A stretch of DNA of 64,000 nt from Fibrobacterales bacterium. Its GTDB lineage: Bacteria; Fibrobacterota; Fibrobacteria; Fibrobacterales; JAOPTW01. The position numbers and the translations under genes were made by a program. Of this stretch, positions 36,277 to 44,970 are shown in pieces. Within the stretch, counting starts at the first letter, position 1. Each line of letters begins with the position of its first letter. The notes under the pieces are model-generated. The model was not told the origin of the DNA, did not search any database, and worked only from the letters and a program-made list of their open reading frames with translations. The stretch spans positions 32,001 to 96,000 of the forward strand of contig JAOPTX010000037.1 of assembly GCA_051532055.1 (NCBI GenBank), in the 5' to 3' direction.

Positions 36277-39200
36277 ATGAAACAATTAGCCTTAATAATT
36301 CTACTGTCCGCAATAACCCTTTTCTCTCAAAGGCTCGACAACCGTCGTCATCAAGACTCCCTCAATACCATAATTGAGCCCATTCGAACCAATCAAGCTG
36401 GTTATCGAACAAGTGATAACATTAAAAGAGCAATTATAGAGCTCGATAAGCCGAATTTAGATCAACACTTCATTCTGATAAATGACAACAATAAAGAAGT
36501 ATTTAAAGGTGAGCTTAAATATCTCGGTGATTACAAAGCCCTCAATGGTGACATAGAGATTAAAGCATATCATAAATCTATTAATGTTTTATACAGCATG
36601 AAATCAACCTCGGACAATCAAGAATTCCTCTATGAAGCAGACTTTGGTGATTTCAAAACAGATGGAACCTATCGTCTTGCTGTAGAAGATGACACATCCT
36701 ATCCTTTTGAAATAAAAGAAACTCTCTACAATGATATCATGGAGTATTCTCTCCAATTTTTCGGTGTTCAGCGTTCTGGAGATAATAATTCTTGGTTTCA
36801 CCCCAAATCTAATATGATGGATGGCTCAGCTCGAGGCCCTGGGAAAGAGGGCTCCCTTTCTGGAGGCTGGTATGATTGTGGAGACCACTTTAAAGTAGCT
36901 CAGACCACCGCCTATGCCTTTACCAACCTCACCCTCGCCTATCTTTTTTGGCCAGAAAAAGCAGAAGATCGCTTTGGACATTCATACAGCCAAAAGGCAC
37001 CAAGAGCCAATGATGGTATTCCTGATATACTTTGGGAGGCTAAAATTGGTGCTGACTATATCTATAAACTGTATCTTGCCTCAAAAGAAGACGGACTCAT
37101 TAAAGAGCATGACATGTATCAGCAAGTTGGCGTAACCGAGTGGGACCATAAACTTTGGGTACAACCTGAATATAGAGATTATGTACCAGAAGAACTCGGT
37201 GGTCCAAATAGAAAAATCGATGCAGACATTGGCCCTGATATGGCCGGACAATTTGCCGGAACCCTCGCTCTTTTTTCAAGCGCCTGGAAAAAATATGACG
37301 CTGAGTATGCAGCATTACTCCTTGAGGCATCTAAAGAGATATATGAAAAGCTCGTAATCCACAATATTGAAGGAAAAAATTATTGGGATTGGCCAAAATC
37401 ATATTCCAATGTACAATTTTACCCACAGCAGACCCGTATTGATGATGATGTCGCTATGGGAGCACTTGGCCTTTGGTATGCCACAAAGGATGATCAATAT
37501 AAACATGACCTTCTTGAAAACGAAGACTATGGCAAAAACCTAAATCATGGTTTCCCAGGGAACGAACACATCTTCCCCGCCGGACTACTAAGTAGTGACC
37601 CATCAGGCTTTTACCCAGGCGGTTGGGTATCTGACTATCAAAATATTCACCCACAAGTTGCATCGGCACTCTATATGCTCATTGTGAGAGATGAAGATGT
37701 TGCAAAAGAATACGGGCTCTCTACAGATGATCAAGAACAATTACGAGAAACTATTCTCGCACTCTTAACCCAAAAAACAATTGCTGAAGGATACACCAAC
37801 CAGGTTGACAGTACACTCTCTGCAGACAATCTTTACGAATCAGTTAAAATTGTTGATAATTTAAAAGTAGCTAAACCCTACAATCTTAGATGGACCTCTG
37901 TTGCCTGGGGATTTAATCGATACAATATGGGTGCGGTAACGGCCGTTGCCCTTGCCTCAGAAATACTCTCTGACATCAATGACCCAAAAGCAGAACAGTA
38001 TCAACAGGTGGTCATTGATAATCTTGATTATGTACTGGGAAAAAACCCATGGAATATCTCATTTATTATGGGGGCCGGCGACAAGCACCTTCAACATATT
38101 CATCACAGAAATGCTAACCCTGATGGCTATAATGGCGGGGCAATCCCGTATGATTACCGTGAACCCACTGGCGCCTTTATGGGTGGGGCCGCCCCTGGGA
38201 GTCTCTTAATTGAGAGCTTCCCTGAGTATGTTGTCACAGAAACCTGTATCGACTACTCATCTCAACTACTATTCGTAGCGCAACAACTCAGTAAGAAGCT
38301 CCCCCGAGATACAAAAGACCCAGAGCTCTTTACCGTAATAGCTAATCCTGTTGAAGAAACATCAGCAACCATACGTTGGGAATTTAATGAACTCACCAAT
38401 GATCAATTAGAGTTGTATACCGACACCAACAGCTCTTCAATTCTTGATACTCTTGTTACTTCACAAGCATCAAAAACATGGATCTTAAACAACCTTGAAC
38501 CCAACACCAAATACTGGGTAAAATTACAGGGAACTGACATCGCTGACAATAGGGACCAGTGGCAATGGCATTCATTTAAAACATCAAAAGCCCCTATTGA
38601 ACCTACTTGGGAATCCGTTGATGCCTGTAACATTAGCCATAACGACGCAACAGTCGCCTGGTGGTCTCCTAATCAGTTTATCTCTTCGGGAATTAATTTG
38701 AGTACCAATTCTGATCTATCACGATCCCTTTTTATTGAAGAACATTCATTTGGGGCTTTTCACCAAATTGTTGCAGATGAACTATTACCCAATACCACTT
38801 ACTACTATGACCGTGTGAGTGGCTCTGCAATTGATGACAATGACGGAAAACATTATACATTCAAAACCCGTGAAGCATTTGTCGATTATTCAATCTATGT
38901 CAAACCCATCAATAAAAACTACCAACCTCACTTTGTCGTTAGTATTGTCAATAATGAATTAATCCCGTATGCTGACCTAGAAATGCGGCTGTACTTGACT
39001 ATTGATGCTGAATCTCCTGAAGAAATCAAACCATTCATAACCAACATGCAACTTTTTAAAGTCGATGGTTTAGCTGGGGGCTCTATTGTAATGGAGGCGG
39101 GAGAACTCGTTGATATTGATGTATCAAATAATGAGTATTATTTACCTATCACCATAAAAGACACCCTTCCTGTAGGAGGCCGAGCAAGCTACGAACTCGA

Positions 39201-40359
39201 GTTTAGACGATTTGACAAAGATGGAGCTCAAACAGGGATCGACAAAGATGCCCTTATTAACTCCTGGTCATTTAGAGCGCATAACGACTCTAAAAACGAC
39301 CCTATCTTAGAAGATGGGGTTAACTGGGCGATGATGAGTGAATTTTCTTCAACAAATGACTGGGAAGTAGTTGATGGCGTTCCCTATCTTTCATTTCAAG
39401 AAAATCATTATATCCCCGTATTCTACAAAGGTTCACACCATGTCTATGGCTATGCTCCAGACTTTGAAAACCCACTGAGCCTTAAAACCTTTGAGCTCGA
39501 AACCAATGCCCCCTTCTTCATGGATGCCGAAAAAGCGTGGGTTTATAACGATCAAAATCCTACCCTGAGTGGAAGCGCTACCGTCCTTCCCTATGGAGAC
39601 ATCACAAATATTGAAGTAAATGGTGACCGCCAAAATATCGACAGCGATCAAACAGTTGCCTTTTCAATTGATGTTAATGACATTCCTAACTTTGATCCAT
39701 TAACCGAATTGGTTGTTTGGAGTGACAAAGGTACCGAAGAGTGTTCTTTTACGTATAAAAGATGGCTGATTGATTATGATGACGAGAAACCCAGTTCATC
39801 AGAAGAGGAAAAGGAAGAACTCTCATCAGCTGAAATAGAATCCTCAAGCGAAGAGATAGAGACCACAGAAAGCTCGACTGAAGAGGTATCATCAGAAGAG
39901 GAACCCATACACTTTGATCCCCCAAAAGAAGTGATCGAAGGTGACTTCTCTCTGCTTTTTCAGAAAAACCTTTATATTTCAGAAGAGCCTGAATTCATAA
40001 GAGAAGAAAACATTAGCCTCGAACAGTATGATGACAACCACAGCTTTACTATTGAAGTATCGGATATTCCACCGAATGCTGAGGAATACACGTTAAGATT
40101 TGTAGGGGCCATCTATAGTATTGAAGGACTCTTTATTGAAGAATTTGATCTTTCTCTCGAAGGTGATTCCTTTGAAATAGGCGAAGAGTATAGCTTTCAG
40201 TGGAATAATAGAGATGTAAATGGCAACCTATTAGATCAGAAAGGACGCCTCCTTGGCTCGGGAATTTACCTCATGAATTTCCACTATACATCAAGTGGAC
40301 CAACCGGTACAGTACAGACTCAAATGTTTGTCAAGATGGGTTATTTAAGAATGTTTTAA
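36277..40359 (+). CDS. GH9 endoglucanase with N-terminal Ig-like domain, two FN3-like domains, a CBM-like domain, Glu/Ser linker and Fibrobacter-type C-terminal domain
   Basis: IRTNQAGY, FF..QRSG, GGWYDCGDHFK, PDILWE, DYVLGKNPW, HIHHR, ETCIDY; LEPNTKYW and LLPNTTYYY FN3 strands. Confidence 0.9.
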   Translation: MKQLALIILLSAITLFSQRLDNRRHQDSLNTIIEPIRTNQAGYRTSDNIKRAIIELDKPNLDQHFILINDNNKEVFKGELKYLGDYKALNGDIEIKAYHKSINVLYSMKSTSDNQEFLYEADFGDFKTDGTYRLAVEDDTSYPFEIKETLYNDIMEYSLQFFGVQRSGDNNSWFHPKSNMMDGSARGPGKEGSLSGGWYDCGDHFKVAQTTAYAFTNLTLAYLFWPEKAEDRFGHSYSQKAPRANDGIPDILWEAKIGADYIYKLYLASKEDGLIKEHDMYQQVGVTEWDHKLWVQPEYRDYVPEELGGPNRKIDADIGPDMAGQFAGTLALFSSAWKKYDAEYAALLLEASKEIYEKLVIHNIEGKNYWDWPKSYSNVQFYPQQTRIDDDVAMGALGLWYATKDDQYKHDLLENEDYGKNLNHGFPGNEHIFPAGLLSSDPSGFYPGGWVSDYQNIHPQVASALYMLIVRDEDVAKEYGLSTDDQEQLRETILALLTQKTIAEGYTNQVDSTLSADNLYESVKIVDNLKVAKPYNLRWTSVAWGFNRYNMGAVTAVALASEILSDINDPKAEQYQQVVIDNLDYVLGKNPWNISFIMGAGDKHLQHIHHRNANPDGYNGGAIPYDYREPTGAFMGGAAPGSLLIESFPEYVVTETCIDYSSQLLFVAQQLSKKLPRDTKDPELFTVIANPVEETSATIRWEFNELTNDQLELYTDTNSSSILDTLVTSQASKTWILNNLEPNTKYWVKLQGTDIADNRDQWQWHSFKTSKAPIEPTWESVDACNISHNDATVAWWSPNQFISSGINLSTNSDLSRSLFIEEHSFGAFHQIVADELLPNTTYYYDRVSGSAIDDNDGKHYTFKTREAFVDYSIYVKPINKNYQPHFVVSIVNNELIPYADLEMRLYLTIDAESPEEIKPFITNMQLFKVDGLAGGSIVMEAGELVDIDVSNNEYYLPITIKDTLPVGGRASYELEFRRFDKDGAQTGIDKDALINSWSFRAHNDSKNDPILEDGVNWAMMSEFSSTNDWEVVDGVPYLSFQENHYIPVFYKGSHHVYGYAPDFENPLSLKTFELETNAPFFMDAEKAWVYNDQNPTLSGSATVLPYGDITNIEVNGDRQNIDSDQTVAFSIDVNDIPNFDPLTELVVWSDKGTEECSFTYKRWLIDYDDEKPSSSEEEKEELSSAEIESSSEEIETTESSTEEVSSEEEPIHFDPPKEVIEGDFSLLFQKNLYISEEPEFIREENISLEQYDDNHSFTIEVSDIPPNAEEYTLRFVGAIYSIEGLFIEEFDLSLEGDSFEIGEEYSFQWNNRDVNGNLLDQKGRLLGSGIYLMNFHYTSSGPTGTVQTQMFVKMGYLRMF

Positions 40360-40385
40360 ACATTACGAATAAAACCGCAAAACCC

Positions 40386-40414
40386 TGCGCCCCTCCTTCT
40401 ATACTTGGGGCGCA
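40386..40414 (+). terminator. Hairpin downstream of the GH9 gene
   Basis: TGCGCCCC-N13-GGGGCGCA; weak T tail. Confidence 0.45.
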
Positions 40415-40525
40415 TTAATTATTCAATCTAAAACCGTCGAATTTTAATGTCACGGCCTTTTTTGCACATCTAAAATGTCAATTGTATGTATCTTTTCAAT
40501 AACATAATTTAGTGGTTGGAATAAG

Positions 40526-42136
40526 ATGAATTCTCTACCCGAGTGTAATATATACTTTACCGGATTTATGGCTACCGGTAAGACCCGTATAGGGGAAGCA
40601 ACTGCCAAGAATTTTAACTGGGAATTTATCGATACCGATAAATATATCGCAGAGAAAGAAGGAATAACCATATCTGAAATATTTCAGACACATGGTGAAC
40701 CCTATTTTCGTCAAAAAGAACTTGAAACGGTCGAAGAGATCTCTCAACAGAAGCAAAAAATTATTGCGTTGGGTGGTGGTGCCGTTACAAATCCTGAAAT
40801 TTTAAAGATCATTCGAGCAACAGGTATTTTGGTACGCCTTTGGGCCCCAATCGATGTAATCTCTGAGCGGATTTCACGTAAAGATACTCGTCCTCTCATG
40901 TCAGGACTCGATGATAAGGAACGTAAGGCAAAAATTGAGCAGATGCTCAAAGTACGTGACCCCTATTATAGTCAAGCTGACTTCTCTATTGAAAGTAATG
41001 AGACCTGTAAGGTTTCGGATATTGTCTCACAAATCAAGAGACTCTCGAGTGCATGGCAATACAAAAAAGTTGAAGTCACCACCAGTGGTGGTCATTACCC
41101 GATATTTATCGGTAGAAACTTTACGCCTCTCTTTAAATCAATCTTTGAAGGCTTGAATCTTGAGACCAGCTATCTGATCTGCACAGATTCAAACGTTTTT
41201 AAAGCTCAAAAAGAGAATATAAAGACAATCCAGAAACAAGCAGGCAAGTGCCGTGTCTTTCAATTTAAGGCCGGCGAGTCATTCAAGAATTTAAACAACT
41301 TGAACAAACTATACACTTACATGCTTAACAAACAGTACACGCGCAAATCCACCCTTTTACAATTTAGTGGTGGAGTCGGTGGTGATATGGCAGGCTTTGC
41401 AGCTGCGACCTACCAACGTGGTATTAACTTTATACAAGTCCCTACAACACTCCTCTCTATGGTCGATAGTTCTGTAGGTGGGAAAGTTGCGGTGAACCAT
41501 ACTGCCGGTAAAAATATGATCGGCGCATTTTATCAACCGAAAGCAGTATTGATTAACCTTGATGTATTAGAAACCCTTGAACCGATAGAGTATCTTGCTG
41601 GCCTTGCCGAAGTTATTAAATATGGTGTCATCTGGGATAGCGAATTTTTTAATTGGCTTGAAGCTAATGTTCAGAATCTAAAAGATCGAGAGTACGACAC
41701 TCTTGAATACGCGGTGCGCCGTTGTTGCGAAATAAAAGCCGAGGTTGTTGGACTCGATGAAAAAGAGAACAACATCCGAGCGATCCTCAATTATGGGCAC
41801 ACCTTTGGCCATGCTATTGAAAAAGTGACCAACTACAAAGAGTACTCACATGGAATTGCTGTATCACTCGGCATGCGTGTTGCTGCTCGTATGGCAACTG
41901 CTATGACCCTTTGGAAAGCAGAGGATGAAGCTCGCCAAAACAATCTCTTAAATGCGTTTGGGTTTCCTACCACCTATGCTATTGATAAAGAGGAAGCTTG
42001 GAATGCTATGGCTGTGGATAAAAAGGCCGACAAGGATACCCGAGTCTATATCCTCCCTTCAAAAATGGGGAAAGTAGAAAAAGTGTTTAACCCTCCTAAA
42101 GAGATGGTTGATGCAGCGTGGGATGCAATTGGATAA
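40526..42136 (+). CDS. aroB: Bifunctional shikimate kinase / 3-dehydroquinate synthase (AroK-AroB fusion)
   Basis: GFMATGKT, DTD, GGG, RPL (AroK), then GGVGGDMAGF.AA.YQRG, PTTLL.MVDSSVGGK, KNMIGAFYQP, LNYGHTFGHA (AroB). Confidence 0.95.
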   Translation: MNSLPECNIYFTGFMATGKTRIGEATAKNFNWEFIDTDKYIAEKEGITISEIFQTHGEPYFRQKELETVEEISQQKQKIIALGGGAVTNPEILKIIRATGILVRLWAPIDVISERISRKDTRPLMSGLDDKERKAKIEQMLKVRDPYYSQADFSIESNETCKVSDIVSQIKRLSSAWQYKKVEVTTSGGHYPIFIGRNFTPLFKSIFEGLNLETSYLICTDSNVFKAQKENIKTIQKQAGKCRVFQFKAGESFKNLNNLNKLYTYMLNKQYTRKSTLLQFSGGVGGDMAGFAAATYQRGINFIQVPTTLLSMVDSSVGGKVAVNHTAGKNMIGAFYQPKAVLINLDVLETLEPIEYLAGLAEVIKYGVIWDSEFFNWLEANVQNLKDREYDTLEYAVRRCCEIKAEVVGLDEKENNIRAILNYGHTFGHAIEKVTNYKEYSHGIAVSLGMRVAARMATAMTLWKAEDEARQNNLLNAFGFPTTYAIDKEEAWNAMAVDKKADKDTRVYILPSKMGKVEKVFNPPKEMVDAAWDAIG

Positions 42137-42173
42137 TACCACGCCGTAAAAGAGCTGGGTTAATGGAGAGTTT

Positions 42174-43151
42174 ATGAGCGTTATGGTTACTGGAGGTACG
42201 GGTTCACTCGGATACCACCTCCTCAACATTATTACCAAACATAAGGGAGAGCTTCTCTCCTTTAGTGAAAACAAAGTACACCCCTATCGTAAGGTAGGCC
42301 ATGTTAAATATTTGACTGGTAATCTTCACGACATTAAAGCCCTCAAGGCAGTTCTTTCTCATTATAAACCAGATGAAATATACCATCTTGCTTCGCAGTC
42401 CAGTGTACTCGTTTCTCACCAGAAACCCTATGAAACACTGATGACCAATGTACTTGGAACTCAAAATTTACTCGAAGCAGTCCGTCAAACAGTACCTAAT
42501 TCAAAAGTGCTCCTCTTAAGCTCTAGTGAAGTCTATGGTCGCGGTACTGGGCTTCTTGATGTTATGCACTCTGAGAAAGACCAACTGAAACCACTGACTC
42601 CTTTTGCAGCGAGTAAAGCAGCAATGGAACTCATTGGAACACAATTTTATGAAGCGTATGGCTTACAAGTGTCTATTGCACGACCTTTTCTGTACACTGG
42701 GCCCCAGCATTCACGCCGCTTTGCTATTCCCGATATCGCATCTCAACTGATTAACATTATCGATAATCATGTTGAGCCGATACTGTATACCGGCAACCTT
42801 GACGTATCACGTGATATCATTGATGGACGTGATCTTGCAAGAGCTCTAGTGCTCATAATGAATACCAGTGAAAAACGAAAAATCTACAACATCTGTAGTG
42901 GTCAAGCTCGTACTATTCGTGAAGTGGTTGAAGACATGATTGAGCTGACTGGTATTGAAGTTGACATCAGAATTGATCCCCGCCTAGAACGCATTAACGA
43001 CATCCCTCTCTTGGTTGGATCACCACAAAAAATCATGAATGAGACCGGCTGGAAACCCATGATTGCCTTAGAAGATAGCCTGAATGACCTTCTCACAGAA
43101 ATGCGCATTCGAATCCGTGAAGGTGTAGTTATAGACACTGCAAAGCGTTAA
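42174..43151 (+). CDS. Extended SDR, GDP-mannose dehydratase/RMD-like NAD(P)-dependent enzyme
   Basis: VTGGTGSLG, IYHLASQSSV..S, TNVLGT.NLLEA, SSSEVYG, GNL...RD..D.RD; catalytic YxxxK is FAASK. Confidence 0.85.
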   Translation: MSVMVTGGTGSLGYHLLNIITKHKGELLSFSENKVHPYRKVGHVKYLTGNLHDIKALKAVLSHYKPDEIYHLASQSSVLVSHQKPYETLMTNVLGTQNLLEAVRQTVPNSKVLLLSSSEVYGRGTGLLDVMHSEKDQLKPLTPFAASKAAMELIGTQFYEAYGLQVSIARPFLYTGPQHSRRFAIPDIASQLINIIDNHVEPILYTGNLDVSRDIIDGRDLARALVLIMNTSEKRKIYNICSGQARTIREVVEDMIELTGIEVDIRIDPRLERINDIPLLVGSPQKIMNETGWKPMIALEDSLNDLLTEMRIRIREGVVIDTAKR

Positions 43152-43163
43152 AGGCTCTTTTAT

Positions 43164-44180
43164 CTATAATGATATAGAGCTTTTGAATACTTCCTTTAAT
43201 ATTTTATTTGCACGTTCTTTTTCGAACCAATTATAGAGATAGGGCGCCACATGCTGATAGATTATTTGCGTGAGTAATGTACTCCAAAGCACCCCTTCTT
43301 TTACTGATGAGGGAATAACAATTTCATCCCCCGGCTGAGTATAGCCTTCATCATCGATAAAATCAATAACCTGCTCAATAATAAAATCATCCCAAAACCC
43401 AGAGTCAACTTCTGGATTGTAGATGTCGATAAAATCTTTGAGAAGTGGCGCTGACCACGCACGTGGTGCGACATCGAAAAGATTAACATAGCGGTTCAGT
43501 GTAGTGGAAGACCCATTATGCAACGTCGCAGCACAGTATTCAGCAAATGCAGCATCTCCAGCTGTAGGACCTGCATAGGCATAGATTTCAATTGATATCG
43601 ACTGTAAAATGGGAAGTCGTTCATACATCCACAAGGTGAGCGTTGGCCCAATCAATCCTCCAAGGCTATGACCCGTAACTCTAAGAGTAGCATCGGGATG
43701 ACTCGTAAAGTACCTCTCTATAAAGTCGTACAATCGATCTCCTCCACAACAACTTTTAGAGGGAGTGTGCCCCACAGACTCACTGAGTGACCGACGAGCT
43801 CCTTTTGAGATATTACCTTTAGAAGGGTCACTGGGATCCCATGGCACCATATCCCCCACAGCGAAGTCCTGGCGCAACCATGTCTTAAGAGAGAGCGGGT
43901 TAGTCCCCCGAATAACCAAGGTAAGGTCATTACTCTCCTTTTCTCGACAGACAAAAATAGTGGTGTTTGCATAAGAGAAACAGCTGGGAAAATCGAGAGT
44001 CGGTCCCCACACAATTTCTTGAGCCCCAAGCTCAGCTCGGTAATCATCAAGCCCTTCTTGAATCTCGTGGCTCACCTTTCCACAGGCCCAATTTTTAAAA
44101 AATTTATAACCGCGCTGTCCCAAATTAAAATAGGCAATATACGCGAGGAGTACCATCTTTCGTTCAATTTCAATAGACAT
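43164..44180 (-). CDS. Lipase class 3 family alpha/beta hydrolase
   Basis: LVIRGT, VTGHSLGG nucleophile elbow, YAYAGPTAGD..FA, YVN.FDVAP, late QH. Confidence 0.85.
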   Translation of the reverse strand: MSIEIERKMVLLAYIAYFNLGQRGYKFFKNWACGKVSHEIQEGLDDYRAELGAQEIVWGPTLDFPSCFSYANTTIFVCREKESNDLTLVIRGTNPLSLKTWLRQDFAVGDMVPWDPSDPSKGNISKGARRSLSESVGHTPSKSCCGGDRLYDFIERYFTSHPDATLRVTGHSLGGLIGPTLTLWMYERLPILQSISIEIYAYAGPTAGDAAFAEYCAATLHNGSSTTLNRYVNLFDVAPRAWSAPLLKDFIDIYNPEVDSGFWDDFIIEQVIDFIDDEGYTQPGDEIVIPSSVKEGVLWSTLLTQIIYQHVAPYLYNWFEKERANKILKEVFKSSISL

Positions 44181-44262
44181 AACAATACAGCACAAATCAA
44201 ATCATGAGAACAAGATAATAAAAATGTGAAAAGAATGATTCAGGTAACGCAACGAATGCAAG

Positions 44263-44347
44263 CAAAGCGAGCAGAGAAAGCAATTGTACACAAAGTGCAC
44301 AGAGCAAAGTGCAAAGAGAGCAATTGTGCACAAAGCGCACAGAGCGA
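44263..44347. repeat. Degenerate heptamer repeats and a duplicated 27-mer
   Basis: CAAAGTG-CACAGAG-CAAAGTG-CAAAGAG (44291-44318); AGCAATTGT(A/G)CACAAAG(T/C)GCACAGAGC at 44279 and 44319. Confidence 0.7.
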
Positions 44348-44353
44348 CAACAC

Positions 44354-44458
44354 ATAATCGATTTTAAATGATCAGATACAAGGCATTCAAGGCGACAGCG
44401 TACAAAGTGTACGCCGAGTCTTGAATAACGCCGTAGATAATCGTTTAAAATCGATTAT
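44354..44458. mobile_element. 105-bp nested-palindrome MITE-like element
   Basis: 18/19 terminal inverted repeat ATAATCGATTTTAAA(T/C)GAT; inner stems ATTCAAGGC/GTCTTGAAT and GCGTACA/TGTACGC. Confidence 0.65.
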
Positions 44459-44958
44459 AGGCTAGAAAGAGATTGTAGTTCGGATACCGAAAGTATCTTT
44501 TCAATATCAAGAAGCATTACCACCTTCTCATCAATTTTAGCCATTGAGGTAATAAACTCAGTTTGCACTCCATCTCCAAATTCTGGAGTCTCCTGCATTT
44601 GTTTATCATCAATGAAAACTACCTCCGATACCGCATCAATAAGCATTCCCATAGTGAGTTCTGTATTTCCAACGGGGATCTGGACCACTATAATACAACT
44701 GTTATCAGTAGGTTCAATTGATTCCATCTGAAATTTATTGCGAACCTCAACAATAGGAATTATTTTACCCCGTAAATTGATTACTCCCAGAACATAATCG
44801 GGAGTTTTAGGTACGGCCGTAATATCCTGTAGCTGGATTATTCGTTGAACGGTGAGAATCGGTAGACCATACTCTTCGTCACCTAACGTGAAAGTCAGGT
44901 ACTTCCCAGCCATCATATCTTTCTCTACATTTTCTGTTGTTTCTGTTGTTTCACTCAT
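44455..44958 (-). CDS. cheW: Chemotaxis coupling protein CheW
   Basis: KYLTFTLGDEEYG, IT.VPKTPDYVLGVINLRGKIIP, G..IDAVSEV, LLDIEKIL. Confidence 0.96.
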   Translation of the reverse strand: MSETTETTENVEKDMMAGKYLTFTLGDEEYGLPILTVQRIIQLQDITAVPKTPDYVLGVINLRGKIIPIVEVRNKFQMESIEPTDNSCIIVVQIPVGNTELTMGMLIDAVSEVVFIDDKQMQETPEFGDGVQTEFITSMAKIDEKVVMLLDIEKILSVSELQSLSSL

Positions 44959-44970
44959 GAGTGTGCCTCC

